Assembly: GCA_028713635.1 (NCBI GenBank)
Contig: JAQTNX010000033.1
Span: 1 to 19,412 of the forward strand
Length of the DNA: 19,412 nucleotides
DNA from: Candidatus Bipolaricaulis sp.
GTDB taxonomy: Bacteria > Bipolaricaulota > Bipolaricaulia > UBA7950 > UBA9294
Direction: 5' to 3'
Shown here: in pieces, positions 1 through 7,805 of the stretch
Position numbering within the stretch: the stretch's first letter is position 1
How the letters are laid out: each line of letters begins with the position of its first letter
Notes under the pieces: model-generated
What the model was told of the DNA's origin: nothing
The model's database searches: none
The model's input: the letters and a program-made list of their open reading frames with translations, nothing else
Program-made: the position numbers and the translations under genes

Positions 1-578
1 ATGGGGGCTGATCGCTGTGTGGAACATGACGCGCGTCTCCACCCAGTCGAAGATGCCAGTGCTCTTGCCGGTGTCGAACCAGGCGAAGACGGAGAGCCCG
101 TACTCGCCGCCGCAGCACGCGTCCCCAAGACCTCGACGCCGAAGAACTCGTCGTATCCGTCGGGAACCTTGCACGGCGCGAGGTATGTGAGCTCACCGTC
201 CCACGTCCAGCCGTAGTCGTAGTAGGTCGAGTTCAGGTACTCCTGCCATCCATCCTCGTCGAACAGGTGGCCGGCCTTGAACGTGTAGCCGTTCCACGAG
301 CACTCGAGGAGGAGCGCCTTGAGGTCGATCCCGTCGATGAACGAGCCGCCGCCGGTGAGCCCGAGGTACGGAGTGAAGCAGAGGTTGTCGGCGACCGACA
401 CGCCAAAGACGACGTTGGCCGACTTGGAGTCGAGCGTGTACCAGAGGTCGACCCACTCCACGTTCATCCAGGTGAGGCCGAAATCTACGTTGAGCAGCTC
501 GAGAAGGATGTGGTCGAGCCCGGCGTCGGAGAAGCTGACCTCTGCCAGGACGTCGGCGCAGCAGATCGGAAACCCCAC
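1..578 (-). CDS. Hypothetical protein, 3'-truncated at the window edge. The coding frame switches at a GGGG run (plus 123-126), so this is either a frameshifted pseudogene or a homopolymer sequencing indel. Start is uncertain (GTG at 578 or ATG at 467).
   Basis: Minus-strand frame with codon first base = 2 mod 3 is open from 665 down and strongly GC3-biased from ~615 to 121 (...PICCADVLAEVSFSDAGLDHILLELLNVDF...SWNGYTFKAGHLFDEDGWQEYLNSTYYDYGWTWDGELTYLAPCKVPDGYDEFFGVEVLG). Below 120 the GC3 signal moves to the frame shifted by one base (ACCGGEYGLSVFAWFDTGKSTGIFDWVETRVMFHTAISPH, no stop to position 1). The other two frames are low-GC3 and Arg-rich. Not listed in the ORF track because no stop lies inside the window. 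Confidence 0.45.
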   Translation of the reverse strand, partial: MGFPICCADVLAEVSFSDAGLDHILLELLNVDFGLTWMNVEWVDLWYTLDSKSANVVFGVSVADNLCFTPYLGLTGGGSFIDGIDLKALLLECSWNGYTFKAGHLFDEDGWQEYLNSTYYDYGWTWDGELTYLAPCKVPDGYDEFFGVEVLGTRAAAASTGSPSSPGSTPARALASSTGWRRASCSTQRSAP

Positions 579-790
579 GTAAAGCGAGAAGCCACTCCAG
601 CACAGCGTGCAACCCCAGTTTGGACGTCGACGTCCGATCGAGTGTTGGCCGCTTGACTGTGCTGTCTACTACCGAATCGCTTGCGGGTGGGTCCGGACGC
701 CGTTCGAAGGCGGAACGTCCTTGGCAACTGGGGATGAGATTCGCGGCGACTCCGTCCGAACACTCGTGCGTGCGGGTCCGCTGAGCGACC

Positions 791-843
791 GCGAACCGAT
801 GGGCCAGGGATGAGCGACATATGGGTGAAGCGAACCGATGGGC
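791..843 (+). repeat. Direct repeats in the leader of the small ORF: GCGAACCGATGGGC at 791-804 and 830-843, each preceded by TGAGCGAC (783-790, 811-818).
   Basis: Exact 14-nt and 8-nt repeats read directly. Period ~39 bp. Roughly 90-150 bp upstream of the ATG at 936. Confidence 0.5.
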
Positions 844-935
844 GAGAAGAGGGAGCCTGGAGGCACAGCGAAGCTGAGACGAGCCGCGAGGTGGTTGCCC
901 AGGCGACTGCCTCGTAGGTGGAGCAGGAGGGGTCC

Positions 936-1157
936 ATGTACGACACGCACATGATTTATGGCAGGACCGCGACGCGGTCGATCGAGGAGAGACTTGACGA
1001 GGCGGATAGGCTTCGCCAGATCCATCGAGTGGAGATGCAACGCAAGGCGTGGCTTCGGGTCAAACGGGCGGTCGAACTCGGCCTGCGGGACGGCCTTGAC
1101 CAGGGCGAGCTGGCGCACGAGCTGAGCACGAGGCTGAGCGAAAGGGTCTGGAACTAG
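936..1157 (+). CDS. Small hypothetical protein (73 aa; MYDTHMIYGRTATRSIEERLDEADRLRQIHRVEMQRKAWLRVKRAVELGLRDGLDQGELAHELSTRLSERVWN). Predicted helical, highly charged, no signal peptide.
   Basis: GGAGG at 926-930 sits 5 nt before the ATG at 936. Very high GC3 runs through the ORF and contrasts with the flanking sequence. Co-directional with the downstream ATP-grasp gene and 153 nt upstream of it. Confidence 0.55.
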   Translation: MYDTHMIYGRTATRSIEERLDEADRLRQIHRVEMQRKAWLRVKRAVELGLRDGLDQGELAHELSTRLSERVWN

Positions 1158-1182
1158 CCGGCTTGGCAGGGCGGCGCTGAGG

Positions 1183-1227
1183 CTCCGGAGCGCTGCCCTG
1201 GGGTCGCGACAAGGACAGCGCTCCGGA
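1183..1227 (+). terminator. Inverted repeat/hairpin (12-13 bp stem CTCCGGAGCGCTG ... CAGCGCTCCGGA, ~20-nt loop) between the small ORF and the ATP-grasp gene. Candidate leaky terminator or attenuator; no U-tract follows.
   Basis: Perfect reverse complementarity between 1183-1195 and 1216-1227. Located 26 nt after the small-ORF stop and 84 nt before the ATP-grasp start. Confidence 0.35.
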
Positions 1228-1310
1228 TAGAATGGCGGCCACTATCCTGGAGGGGACCGAACGGTCTGCACCGGCGGCGAGCCGGCCCTCCACAACCTGG
1301 AGTCGCGATC

Positions 1311-2537
1311 ATGAGAGTGTTGGTCACGGGTCTGTTCGAGCCGGCTGCTGTCCACGTCGTTCGCCGGCTTGGGGAGCTGGGGCACGAGGTCTACGCCGCG
1401 GAAGGCCATCGGCTGGCATACGCGGGATTCTCTAGGTACGTCACGCGCAGGATTGCGCTTCCCAACATGCGCCATGCACCGCGGGAGTACGCTGACGCCC
1501 TTCTCCGGGAACTTGAGTCCGGAAGGTACGACTTCTACTTCCCGTCCTACGAAGAGATCATCTTGATGAGCCACGACCGGGATCGCGTGGTGTCGGCGAC
1601 GAAGACGTCGATGATGGATACGGAGACTCTGATGACGCTCCACGACAAGACGCGGCTCGGCGCCCTCGCCGCGGAGCTTGGCATCGACTCGCCGCAGACG
1701 CTCACGCCGAGAAGCCTGGCGGAAGCGACCGACGCGATCGCTTCTGTCAAGCTGCCCGTCGTGATCAAGATGCGCAAGACCTCAGGGGCGGCGGGGTTCC
1801 GCAAGGTGTACGACCGCGCGAGTCTTGCAAAGGAGTACGAGGAGGTCGTGCGCGCGAACGAGCTCGCGGACGACGACCTGCCGATGATCCAGGAACTCAT
1901 CGAGGGGCCGACGACGTGCACCCTCCACCTCTGCGACCGCGGTGACGTGATCGGTGAGGTGATGTACCAGGGCGTGCGGACTATGCCGCGGACGGGGGGA
2001 ACGACCGTGTGTCGCGAGAGCATGGCGGATCCGGCCTGCCAGGCGGCTGCGGCGAAGATCGTCAAGCGCCTTGGATTCAGCGGTTTCTGTGGGTTCGACT
2101 TCGTGATCCAGGAAGGAACGGGAAGGCCGTTTCTTGTCGACGGCAATTGCCGAATCACTCCGGCGGTGGCCATGGCGTACCACGGCGGTTGTGACATGGT
2201 GCCGGCGTGGCTTCAGATTGCAGCGGGCGACCGTCCCGCGAAGCTTCCCACGACGCGAGTCGGGACCCGCACGAAGATGGGGTTCGGCGACTTCGTCTGG
2301 CTTCTTCAGAGCTACTTCGGAAGCTTCAAGGACTGGTCCGGCGAGCGCCGACTGCGGAAACTGTGGTGGGCCGATCGTGGAGTCCCCGACGACATTGCGA
2401 GCCGCAAGGACCCTGTGCCGATCGTGATGTTGTGGGTCTACATTCTCGCCAACCTGTGGAAACTCATTTTCACGGACCTCGACTCGGCGCAGCTGTTCAT
2501 CTTCCACAACCAGTACGTCGGGGATCCGCGGTCGTAG
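1311..2537 (+). CDS. ATP-grasp family ligase (pre-ATP-grasp Rossmann N-domain plus ATP-grasp core). Substrate unknown.
   Basis: 408 aa. N-terminal MRVLVTG...GHEV nucleotide-binding start. ATP-grasp hallmarks: LPVVIKMRKTSGAAGFRKV (Lys/Gly-rich loop), QELIEGP (the E-x-I-x-G motif), DFVIQEGTGRPFLVDGNCRI (Mg-binding D/E/N). GGAG sits 8 nt upstream of the ATG at 1311. High GC3. Confidence 0.75.
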   Translation: MRVLVTGLFEPAAVHVVRRLGELGHEVYAAEGHRLAYAGFSRYVTRRIALPNMRHAPREYADALLRELESGRYDFYFPSYEEIILMSHDRDRVVSATKTSMMDTETLMTLHDKTRLGALAAELGIDSPQTLTPRSLAEATDAIASVKLPVVIKMRKTSGAAGFRKVYDRASLAKEYEEVVRANELADDDLPMIQELIEGPTTCTLHLCDRGDVIGEVMYQGVRTMPRTGGTTVCRESMADPACQAAAAKIVKRLGFSGFCGFDFVIQEGTGRPFLVDGNCRITPAVAMAYHGGCDMVPAWLQIAAGDRPAKLPTTRVGTRTKMGFGDFVWLLQSYFGSFKDWSGERRLRKLWWADRGVPDDIASRKDPVPIVMLWVYILANLWKLIFTDLDSAQLFIFHNQYVGDPRS

Positions 2538-2541
2538 GAGA

Positions 2542-3645
2542 CTACGGCGCGACGTCGCTGTAGATGGTGACGCCGCGCGCCCTGAGCACAGCGATGGCGT
2601 CGGCCGCGGACGAGCCGGAAACGGCGAAGGGTATCGCGCGGAGATCGATCGTGGTTTGGGGGCCGAGGCCGCGGTTCGCCACGAGGGGAGCAAGGTCGTC
2701 GACGAGCGTCTCCGAGAGCCCGACGATGCGCAGGTCCGTCATCGCCCGGAGCGCCGAGATGTCGTGGATCGGATTCTGGTCGAGCCAGAGCTTCTGGAGG
2801 TGGACGAGCTCCTGAAGTGCCTTGACGTTCTGGATTTCGTTCTTCCACAGACTGAGCCGCTGAAGGTTCGTCAGCCCCGCCAGGGGGGTCACGTCGCGGA
2901 TCGCGTTTTCGCTCAGGCCGAGCCCTTCGAGAGACACGAGGCCTGCGAGAGGACGGAGGTCCGAGATCCGGTTCTCGCCCAGGCTCAATCTCCTCAGCTC
3001 GGTCAAGGTCGTGAGAAAGCCGATGTCGTCAATCCCCGTGTTCGGCAGTCCGAGCCACTCAAGGTGCGTCAGCCGGCCGAGAGGACGCGGGTCGGCGATC
3101 GGACATCCGCTCAGCCCAAGCTCGCGCAACTCCACGAGAGCCGCGAGGGGGGCGACATCGCAGACCCGGCTGTCCCACAGCCCGAGGAACCGAAGCTCGG
3201 CCAGGCCGGAGAGCGGCGCGACGTCAGCGATCGAGTTCCAGTCCAGGTCGAGCTTTGCCAAGCGAACGAGTCCGGCAAGCGGAGCTACGTCCTCGATTCG
3301 GTTGCTCTTGAGGATGAGCGTTTCGAGGTTCGTGAGGCTCCGCAGCGGTTCCAGGTCACTGACGTAGTTCTCGGCGAGGTTCAGCTCGCGAAGGTTCGAG
3401 AACGCTTCAAGGCCGTCAAGACGCGTGATCTCCGCGGCTACAGCGTCGAGCCGCTCCAGGCGAAGTGCGTCGGCAGCGACGATGGGCGCGGACCCGATGC
3501 CGAGGGCTTCCCGAACGACGCGCTCGAGGCCGGCGTCGAGGAAGGTCACGAGGTCGCCGGGGCTCGATGCCCCTGCGACGGCGACGAGAAAGACGGCGAG
3601 CATGAGGAGGCCGCCCCGTCGGAGCCAGCGCGCATGAACGTGCAT
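2542..3645 (-). CDS. Secreted leucine-rich-repeat protein, internalin-type 22-residue LRRs (about 13 repeats of LxxLxxLxxLxLxxNxIxDVxPLxx), with an N-terminal signal peptide.
   Basis: Repeats read directly (e.g. LRELNLAENYVSDLEPLRSLTN / LETLILKSNRIEDVAPLAGLVR / LAKLDLDWNSIADVAPLSGLAE ...). N-terminus MHVHARWLRRGGLLMLAVFLVAVAGA/SS is a classic signal peptide. ATG at 3645 is preferred; the track start at 3681 is a TTG with no RBS. Confidence 0.8.
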   Translation of the reverse strand: MHVHARWLRRGGLLMLAVFLVAVAGASSPGDLVTFLDAGLERVVREALGIGSAPIVAADALRLERLDAVAAEITRLDGLEAFSNLRELNLAENYVSDLEPLRSLTNLETLILKSNRIEDVAPLAGLVRLAKLDLDWNSIADVAPLSGLAELRFLGLWDSRVCDVAPLAALVELRELGLSGCPIADPRPLGRLTHLEWLGLPNTGIDDIGFLTTLTELRRLSLGENRISDLRPLAGLVSLEGLGLSENAIRDVTPLAGLTNLQRLSLWKNEIQNVKALQELVHLQKLWLDQNPIHDISALRAMTDLRIVGLSETLVDDLAPLVANRGLGPQTTIDLRAIPFAVSGSSAADAIAVLRARGVTIYSDVAP

Positions 3646-3691
3646 AGGAAACGAGTCTACCGGCAGGCGCGTCGCTCGCAAGGGAAGAGGA

Positions 3692-3725
3692 GGGAGGGGA
3701 ACGGCTCTCGTTTCGTTCCCCTCCC
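3692..3725 (-). terminator. Strong hairpin (perfect 12-bp stem GGGAGGGGAACG / CGTTCCCCTCCC, 10-nt loop) between the Cys-rich gene and the LRR gene. Probable terminator/insulator.
   Basis: Exact inverted repeat at 3692-3703 and 3714-3725. On the minus strand it is followed by a pyrimidine-rich CTCCTCTTCCCTTG. Lies 47 nt upstream of the LRR start. Confidence 0.4.
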
Positions 3726-3896
3726 CCGGGAGTCAAGGAGGCGCTCCGCATGGCCTGCTTTATCCACCGCAGGTTAACCGCTGGCGGGTCTTGCGCCCAT
3801 TCTCCGCGTCCGCTTGGCAAGGGACATCCGTGCCCTGCTCGGGCGAGCACACCGGGGGGTATCCGCGTCAGCGGATGTCACGCGGGCCCTGGAGTG

Positions 3897-4469
3897 CTAC
3901 GGGGGCGAGCTCTCCCACGTGAAAGAACCGAAGATCGAGACTCCAAGCCCGCAGCAGCCGCTGAAGGTCTCTCCGACCCGCAGGGTCAGGAATGCCTCCC
4001 CGCACGCGGGACGGCAAGGCGCCACCCGATCGGGGTAGCCGCAGCTGCCGGAGCAGCCGCACGGAAGCGGTGCGCAACAGGGGATGAGCCGAGCGTAGTT
4101 GGTGAGCTCACCCGCGGAGCTTGTCTCGACGATGATCCGGTAGACGCCCTCACTCACCCGGGCGCCGGCATCATCGTCAAGTCCCCACTCGAACGGAGTG
4201 GGCCACCCGATTGGGCAGACGAAGGTCACCCGTCGAACAACGGATCCGTCGAGCCTCTCGACGCGCCAGCCCGTGATGAGCGGTGTCTCGGTCGTCCCGT
4301 GGGCGAGGAAGAAGTCCACCGGAACTGTGACCGAAAGCACGATGGTCTGGTTCTGGCGGAACACCGTATAGCACACCGGCTCTCGGGCGGACGGGCAACC
4401 GCAATCGCCCGACGCTGACAACCCGAAGACGACAACCAAGAGCGCAAGCAACCAGCCGACGCGATTCAT
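3897..4469 (-). CDS. Secreted cysteine-rich hypothetical protein (signal peptide MNRVGWLLALLVVVFGLSASG; 16 Cys including CGC, CC, CGCSGSC and GCCG clusters).
   Basis: GGAGGTG sits 4 nt upstream of the ATG at 4469. Hydrophobic h-region directly after the start. C-terminal CCAPLPCGCSGSCGYPDRVAPCRPACGEAF...SGCCGLG. The track start at 4532 adds 21 residues with no RBS. Confidence 0.6.
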   Translation of the reverse strand: MNRVGWLLALLVVVFGLSASGDCGCPSAREPVCYTVFRQNQTIVLSVTVPVDFFLAHGTTETPLITGWRVERLDGSVVRRVTFVCPIGWPTPFEWGLDDDAGARVSEGVYRIIVETSSAGELTNYARLIPCCAPLPCGCSGSCGYPDRVAPCRPACGEAFLTLRVGETFSGCCGLGVSIFGSFTWESSPP

Positions 4470-4522
4470 CGCCACCTCCACGATCCGGACAGCCGACGAG
4501 GGCGTTCCACCAACCTCACGAC

Positions 4523-4981
4523 TCACGTACACCCTCGGCCGGCGGAAGTGTCCTCCCCGATACCGAACTCGGTGAGGAGGAGATGCCGGTGACGCTGCTC
4601 CTCCGCGGCAAGCGACGAGAACAGGGCGGCGGCCTCGCCGCCCAGACTGGCCAGAAGCTCGTAGAGCGCCGCAAGGATCTCCTCGCGCCGGACGGCTGTG
4701 ACGATGCCATCGAACGACAGAAGATCCGGTGGAACCGGAACGTCGACAAGCAGCTTCGCGATAGAGGCGCTGCTGACCGGCTGGGCGCGGCGAGCCGCGA
4801 TCTCGCTGTGCAAGACGTGGAGAAGCATCTCGTGGTGGCCGCGCTCGGCGGCCCCGAGCTCGGCGAGGACCGACTTCAGCCGTGCGGACGCCGCGAGCTG
4901 CACCCAGCGCTTGTAGGCAAGCTCAACGACCTTCTCGTTGGCACGGGCGAAGTCGAGTGCACGCTGCAGGGGATCGGTCAA
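4523..4981 (-). CDS. Rubrerythrin/ferritin-like diiron-carboxylate domain protein (152 aa).
   Basis: Two E...ExxH half-sites: NEKVVELAY...AAERGHHEML and RREEILAALYELL...AAEEQRHRHLL. TTG start at 4981 preceded by GAGGAGG (4-nt spacer). No signal peptide. 53 nt upstream of the Cys-rich gene on the same strand. Confidence 0.65.
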   Translation of the reverse strand: MTDPLQRALDFARANEKVVELAYKRWVQLAASARLKSVLAELGAAERGHHEMLLHVLHSEIAARRAQPVSSASIAKLLVDVPVPPDLLSFDGIVTAVRREEILAALYELLASLGGEAAALFSSLAAEEQRHRHLLLTEFGIGEDTSAGRGCT

Positions 4982-5198
4982 GAGACCTCCTCTCGGGTCG
5001 CGGCGACCCGGACCCGGCAGGCGGCAAGCGCCTGCCGCCTCCTCCCAGGATCATGCCGCAGAATCAGCGCGCTCACCAACCGAGGAGTCTGCCAGGCAGG
5101 CGCCGCTCCGATGCGCCTTGAGGCGCGCGGACGCCACTTGGCAGGAGGAGCGTGAGCCGGTACGGTGGACGGCGGAGGAGGACGTTGCGCCGGCCGGG

Positions 5199-7679
5199 AT
5201 GCCGATAGGCGATTCTAGAGCGAGCGGGAGGGGGCCCGGGAATGCCGGAAGCGGGAGGAAGCACCTTCGCATTCCGCTCCAGGCTGCGCTCGTCGCGCTC
5301 CTCGCGTCGGAGGTTCTGCTGGCGGTCGGCCTGGTCGCGTATCTCTCACTCCACAACGCGCGTGCGGCCGTCAACGACGTGGCGAAGCAGCTGCGGAGCG
5401 AGGTGACGACGCGCGTCGAGGAACGCCTGCGGGAGTTTCTGGCGACGCCGCACGTTCTGAATGACGTCAACGCCGAACTCATCGGGCGCGGCGTGCTGGA
5501 TGCCGACAACCCCGAGGAGCTCACGGCCCACTTTTGGCAACAGGTGCAGGCGGCACCGACCGTGAGCAGCGCCTACTTCGGCAACACGAAGGGCGGCGTT
5601 GCGGACGCGGGACGAGAAGGAGCGGGCGGCCCTCTCTATGTGATCGTGACCGACGGCTTCGCAGCAGGAACATTCCGCAAGTACGCGACGAACGACGTGG
5701 GCGTCCGCACGTCCCAGCTCCAGGCCGTGCCCGGCTTCGATGCGAGAACGCGGTCCTGGTACACCCGCGCGATGACCCAAGGGGGACCTGCGTGGAGCAG
5801 CATCTACCTCCTCTTCTCGGGCCAAGACATGGCGATCTCCGCCAGCCGGCCGGTCGCGAACGGCCGCGGGGAGGCGATCGGTGTCGTGGCGGCCGACCTC
5901 TTCCTGTCGCAGGTCGGCGACTTCCTCCGCGGTGTCAAGATCGGAATGAGCGGGCGGTGTTTCATCATGGAGAGGTCGGGCCTTCTGATCGCGTCCTCGG
6001 CCGACGAGACTCCGATCGTGTTCGGGGAAGGGGGCCGGCCGCCGCGGAGGCTGGCGGCGCGGGAGAGCTCCTCCCCGATGATCCGGGCCGCGGCGGCCAC
6101 GATCGAGGATGACGGGGGAGTCGTCGCCGGCGGGGTCGGAGGGCAGTGGGAGTTCTCGATGGACGGGGAGCGGCACTTCCTCCAGGTGGCAACGATTCGG
6201 GACGGCTACGGAATCGACTGGCTCGTCGGCGTGGCGATTCCGGAGCGGGACTTCATGGTCCGCGTTGACGCCAACACGCGAACGACGATTGCCCTGATCC
6301 TGGGAGCGGCGCTGATCGCGGTGACGTTCGGGCTTGTCGCGTCGCGGTGGGTGACTCTCCCCATGAGCCACCTCGGGCGGTCCGCTCGGGCCCTCGCCGG
6401 GGGAGAGCGGCAAGTTGTGGCGGAAACGAGCCGCATCGCGGAGGTCGCGGACCTCTCTCGGTCGTTCAACGTGATGACACAACAGCTTGAGCGAACGGTT
6501 GAGAGCCTCCAGGCGGAAGTGGCGGAGAGAAGGCGAGCGGAAGAGGAGCTCCGAGCGAGCGAGGCTCGATACCGCCTGCTGGCGGACAACTCGACGGACG
6601 TCATCTGGACGATGGACCGTGACGGTGTTCTCACCTACGTCAGTCCGTCGATCGAGAAGCTCCGCCGCGGCGTCGCGGCGGAGAGCGTCCTGGGACACCC
6701 GTTCACGATCGGGCTGACTGCAGAATCGGCAGCTGCCGCGGGAGCGCGATTCGCCGCCGTGCGCGACATGGTCGCGCGTGGGATCAGGATTCCTCCCGAA
6801 GAACACATCGAACTCGAGCTGGATTGCCTTGACGGCTCGACCGTGTGGACGGAGAGCGTCGTCAGCCCTCTGATTGGCGACGACGGGGAGGTGCGCGGCT
6901 TCATCGGGATGTCTCGGAACATCACGGCGCGGAGGCACGCCGAGGAGGAGCGACTCGCCCTGGAGGCGCAGCTGCGGCACAGCCAGAAGCTCGAGTCGAT
7001 CGGTACGCTCGCAAGCGGAGTGGCCCACGAGATCAACAACCCTCTGACCGGCGTCATCAACTACGCAGATCTCATCGCGCGACGCGTGGGGGACCTGCAG
7101 CTGCGCGAGTTTGCGGAGGGCATCAAGGTCGAAGGGAATCGGATGGCCGAGATCGTCGGAGGCCTCCTCTCGTTCGCACGCCAGGAGACAACAGAGAAGC
7201 GGAAGGAGCAAATGCCCGACATCGTGCGCGCATCGCTCACGCTGGTCGGGTCGATCCTCAGGAAGGATCGGATCCACCTCAAGCAGAGCATGGACAGCGA
7301 GCTGCCGCTCGTGCGCTGCAACGCCCAGCAGATCGAGCAGATCATCATCAACCTCCTCACGAACGCCCGCGACGCGTTGAACCGCAAGTACCCCGGAGAG
7401 GACGAAGACAAGATCGTTGAGATCGCGATCCGGCTCGTCGAGAAGAGCGGCGAGCCGTGGGTTCGGACCACGGTCGAGGATCACGGCTCGGGCGTGCCCG
7501 CGGATCTCATGGCCCGCATCTTCGACCCGTTCTTCACCACAAAGCCGCGCGACATGGGAACGGGGCTCGGGCTCTCCATCAGCTACGGAATTGCACGGGA
7601 CCACGGCGGCGCTTTGACCGTCGAGAGCGTGGAGGGCCTGTACACGCGGTTCCACCTCGACCTGCGCGCCGCCGACTGA
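5199..7679 (+). CDS. Membrane sensor histidine kinase: TM1, periplasmic dCache-like sensor, TM2, HAMP, PAS, HisKA, HATPase_c. No receiver domain and no adjacent response regulator.
   Basis: TM1 LRIPLQAALVALLASEVLLAVGLVAYL. Periplasmic region with a DARTRSWYTRA Cache-type motif. TM2 TIALILGAALIAVTFGLVASRW. PAS (DVIWTMDRDGVLTYVSP...). H-box GVAHEINNPLTGV. N/G1/G2 boxes (NLLTNARDAL; DHGSGVP; GTGLGLSIS). Start set at the ATG 5199 just before TM1. The track start at 4938 would overlap the divergent rubrerythrin-like gene. Confidence 0.85.
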   Translation: MPIGDSRASGRGPGNAGSGRKHLRIPLQAALVALLASEVLLAVGLVAYLSLHNARAAVNDVAKQLRSEVTTRVEERLREFLATPHVLNDVNAELIGRGVLDADNPEELTAHFWQQVQAAPTVSSAYFGNTKGGVADAGREGAGGPLYVIVTDGFAAGTFRKYATNDVGVRTSQLQAVPGFDARTRSWYTRAMTQGGPAWSSIYLLFSGQDMAISASRPVANGRGEAIGVVAADLFLSQVGDFLRGVKIGMSGRCFIMERSGLLIASSADETPIVFGEGGRPPRRLAARESSSPMIRAAAATIEDDGGVVAGGVGGQWEFSMDGERHFLQVATIRDGYGIDWLVGVAIPERDFMVRVDANTRTTIALILGAALIAVTFGLVASRWVTLPMSHLGRSARALAGGERQVVAETSRIAEVADLSRSFNVMTQQLERTVESLQAEVAERRRAEEELRASEARYRLLADNSTDVIWTMDRDGVLTYVSPSIEKLRRGVAAESVLGHPFTIGLTAESAAAAGARFAAVRDMVARGIRIPPEEHIELELDCLDGSTVWTESVVSPLIGDDGEVRGFIGMSRNITARRHAEEERLALEAQLRHSQKLESIGTLASGVAHEINNPLTGVINYADLIARRVGDLQLREFAEGIKVEGNRMAEIVGGLLSFARQETTEKRKEQMPDIVRASLTLVGSILRKDRIHLKQSMDSELPLVRCNAQQIEQIIINLLTNARDALNRKYPGEDEDKIVEIAIRLVEKSGEPWVRTTVEDHGSGVPADLMARIFDPFFTTKPRDMGTGLGLSISYGIARDHGGALTVESVEGLYTRFHLDLRAAD

Positions 7680-7805
7680 GGCCTAGGGATGCGTGGGCCG
7701 CACCGGAGTCGGTCACCAGGGGCACCTGTCGGGAAGCCAGTCGGCTATCATCCCGCGAGCGCTCCTCGGAATGGAAGCCGTGGCTCCCTCGGGGGGGAGA
7801 GAGGG

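Noticed and set aside
193-612. 139-aa minus-strand ORF (MHAVLEW...) and the 267-656 / 319-582 plus ORFs
   Set aside because: Arg-rich with low GC3. The neighbouring minus frame carries the real coding signal (see the 1-578 gene).
696-721. GTTCGAAGG-containing hairpin that superficially resembles a tRNA T-arm
   Set aside because: No acceptor/anticodon arm arrangement and no GGTTCGANTCC T-loop consensus. Treated only as a leader hairpin.
669-1118. 149-aa minus-strand ORF overlapping the small plus-strand ORF
   Set aside because: Poor GC3 and no RBS. The plus-strand 73-aa ORF has a strong SD and high GC3.
1782-2693. 303-aa minus-strand ORF and other ORFs overlapping the ATP-grasp gene (1547-2197, 2134-2563)
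   Set aside because: Overlap the ATP-grasp coding frame, which carries the family motifs. Arg/Pro-rich translations.
2656-3777. 373-aa plus-strand ORF
   Set aside because: Antisense shadow of the LRR gene (it mirrors the repeat periodicity). No RBS.
4938-5198. Upstream 87-codon extension of the histidine-kinase ORF
   Set aside because: Would overlap the divergent rubrerythrin-like gene start. The Arg/Pro-rich segment has no membrane or sensor features. ATG 5199 lies just before TM1. Start remains somewhat uncertain.
5346-7655. 769-aa minus-strand ORF
   Set aside because: Entirely antisense to the histidine kinase gene, which has clear domain motifs. Arg/Pro-rich translation.
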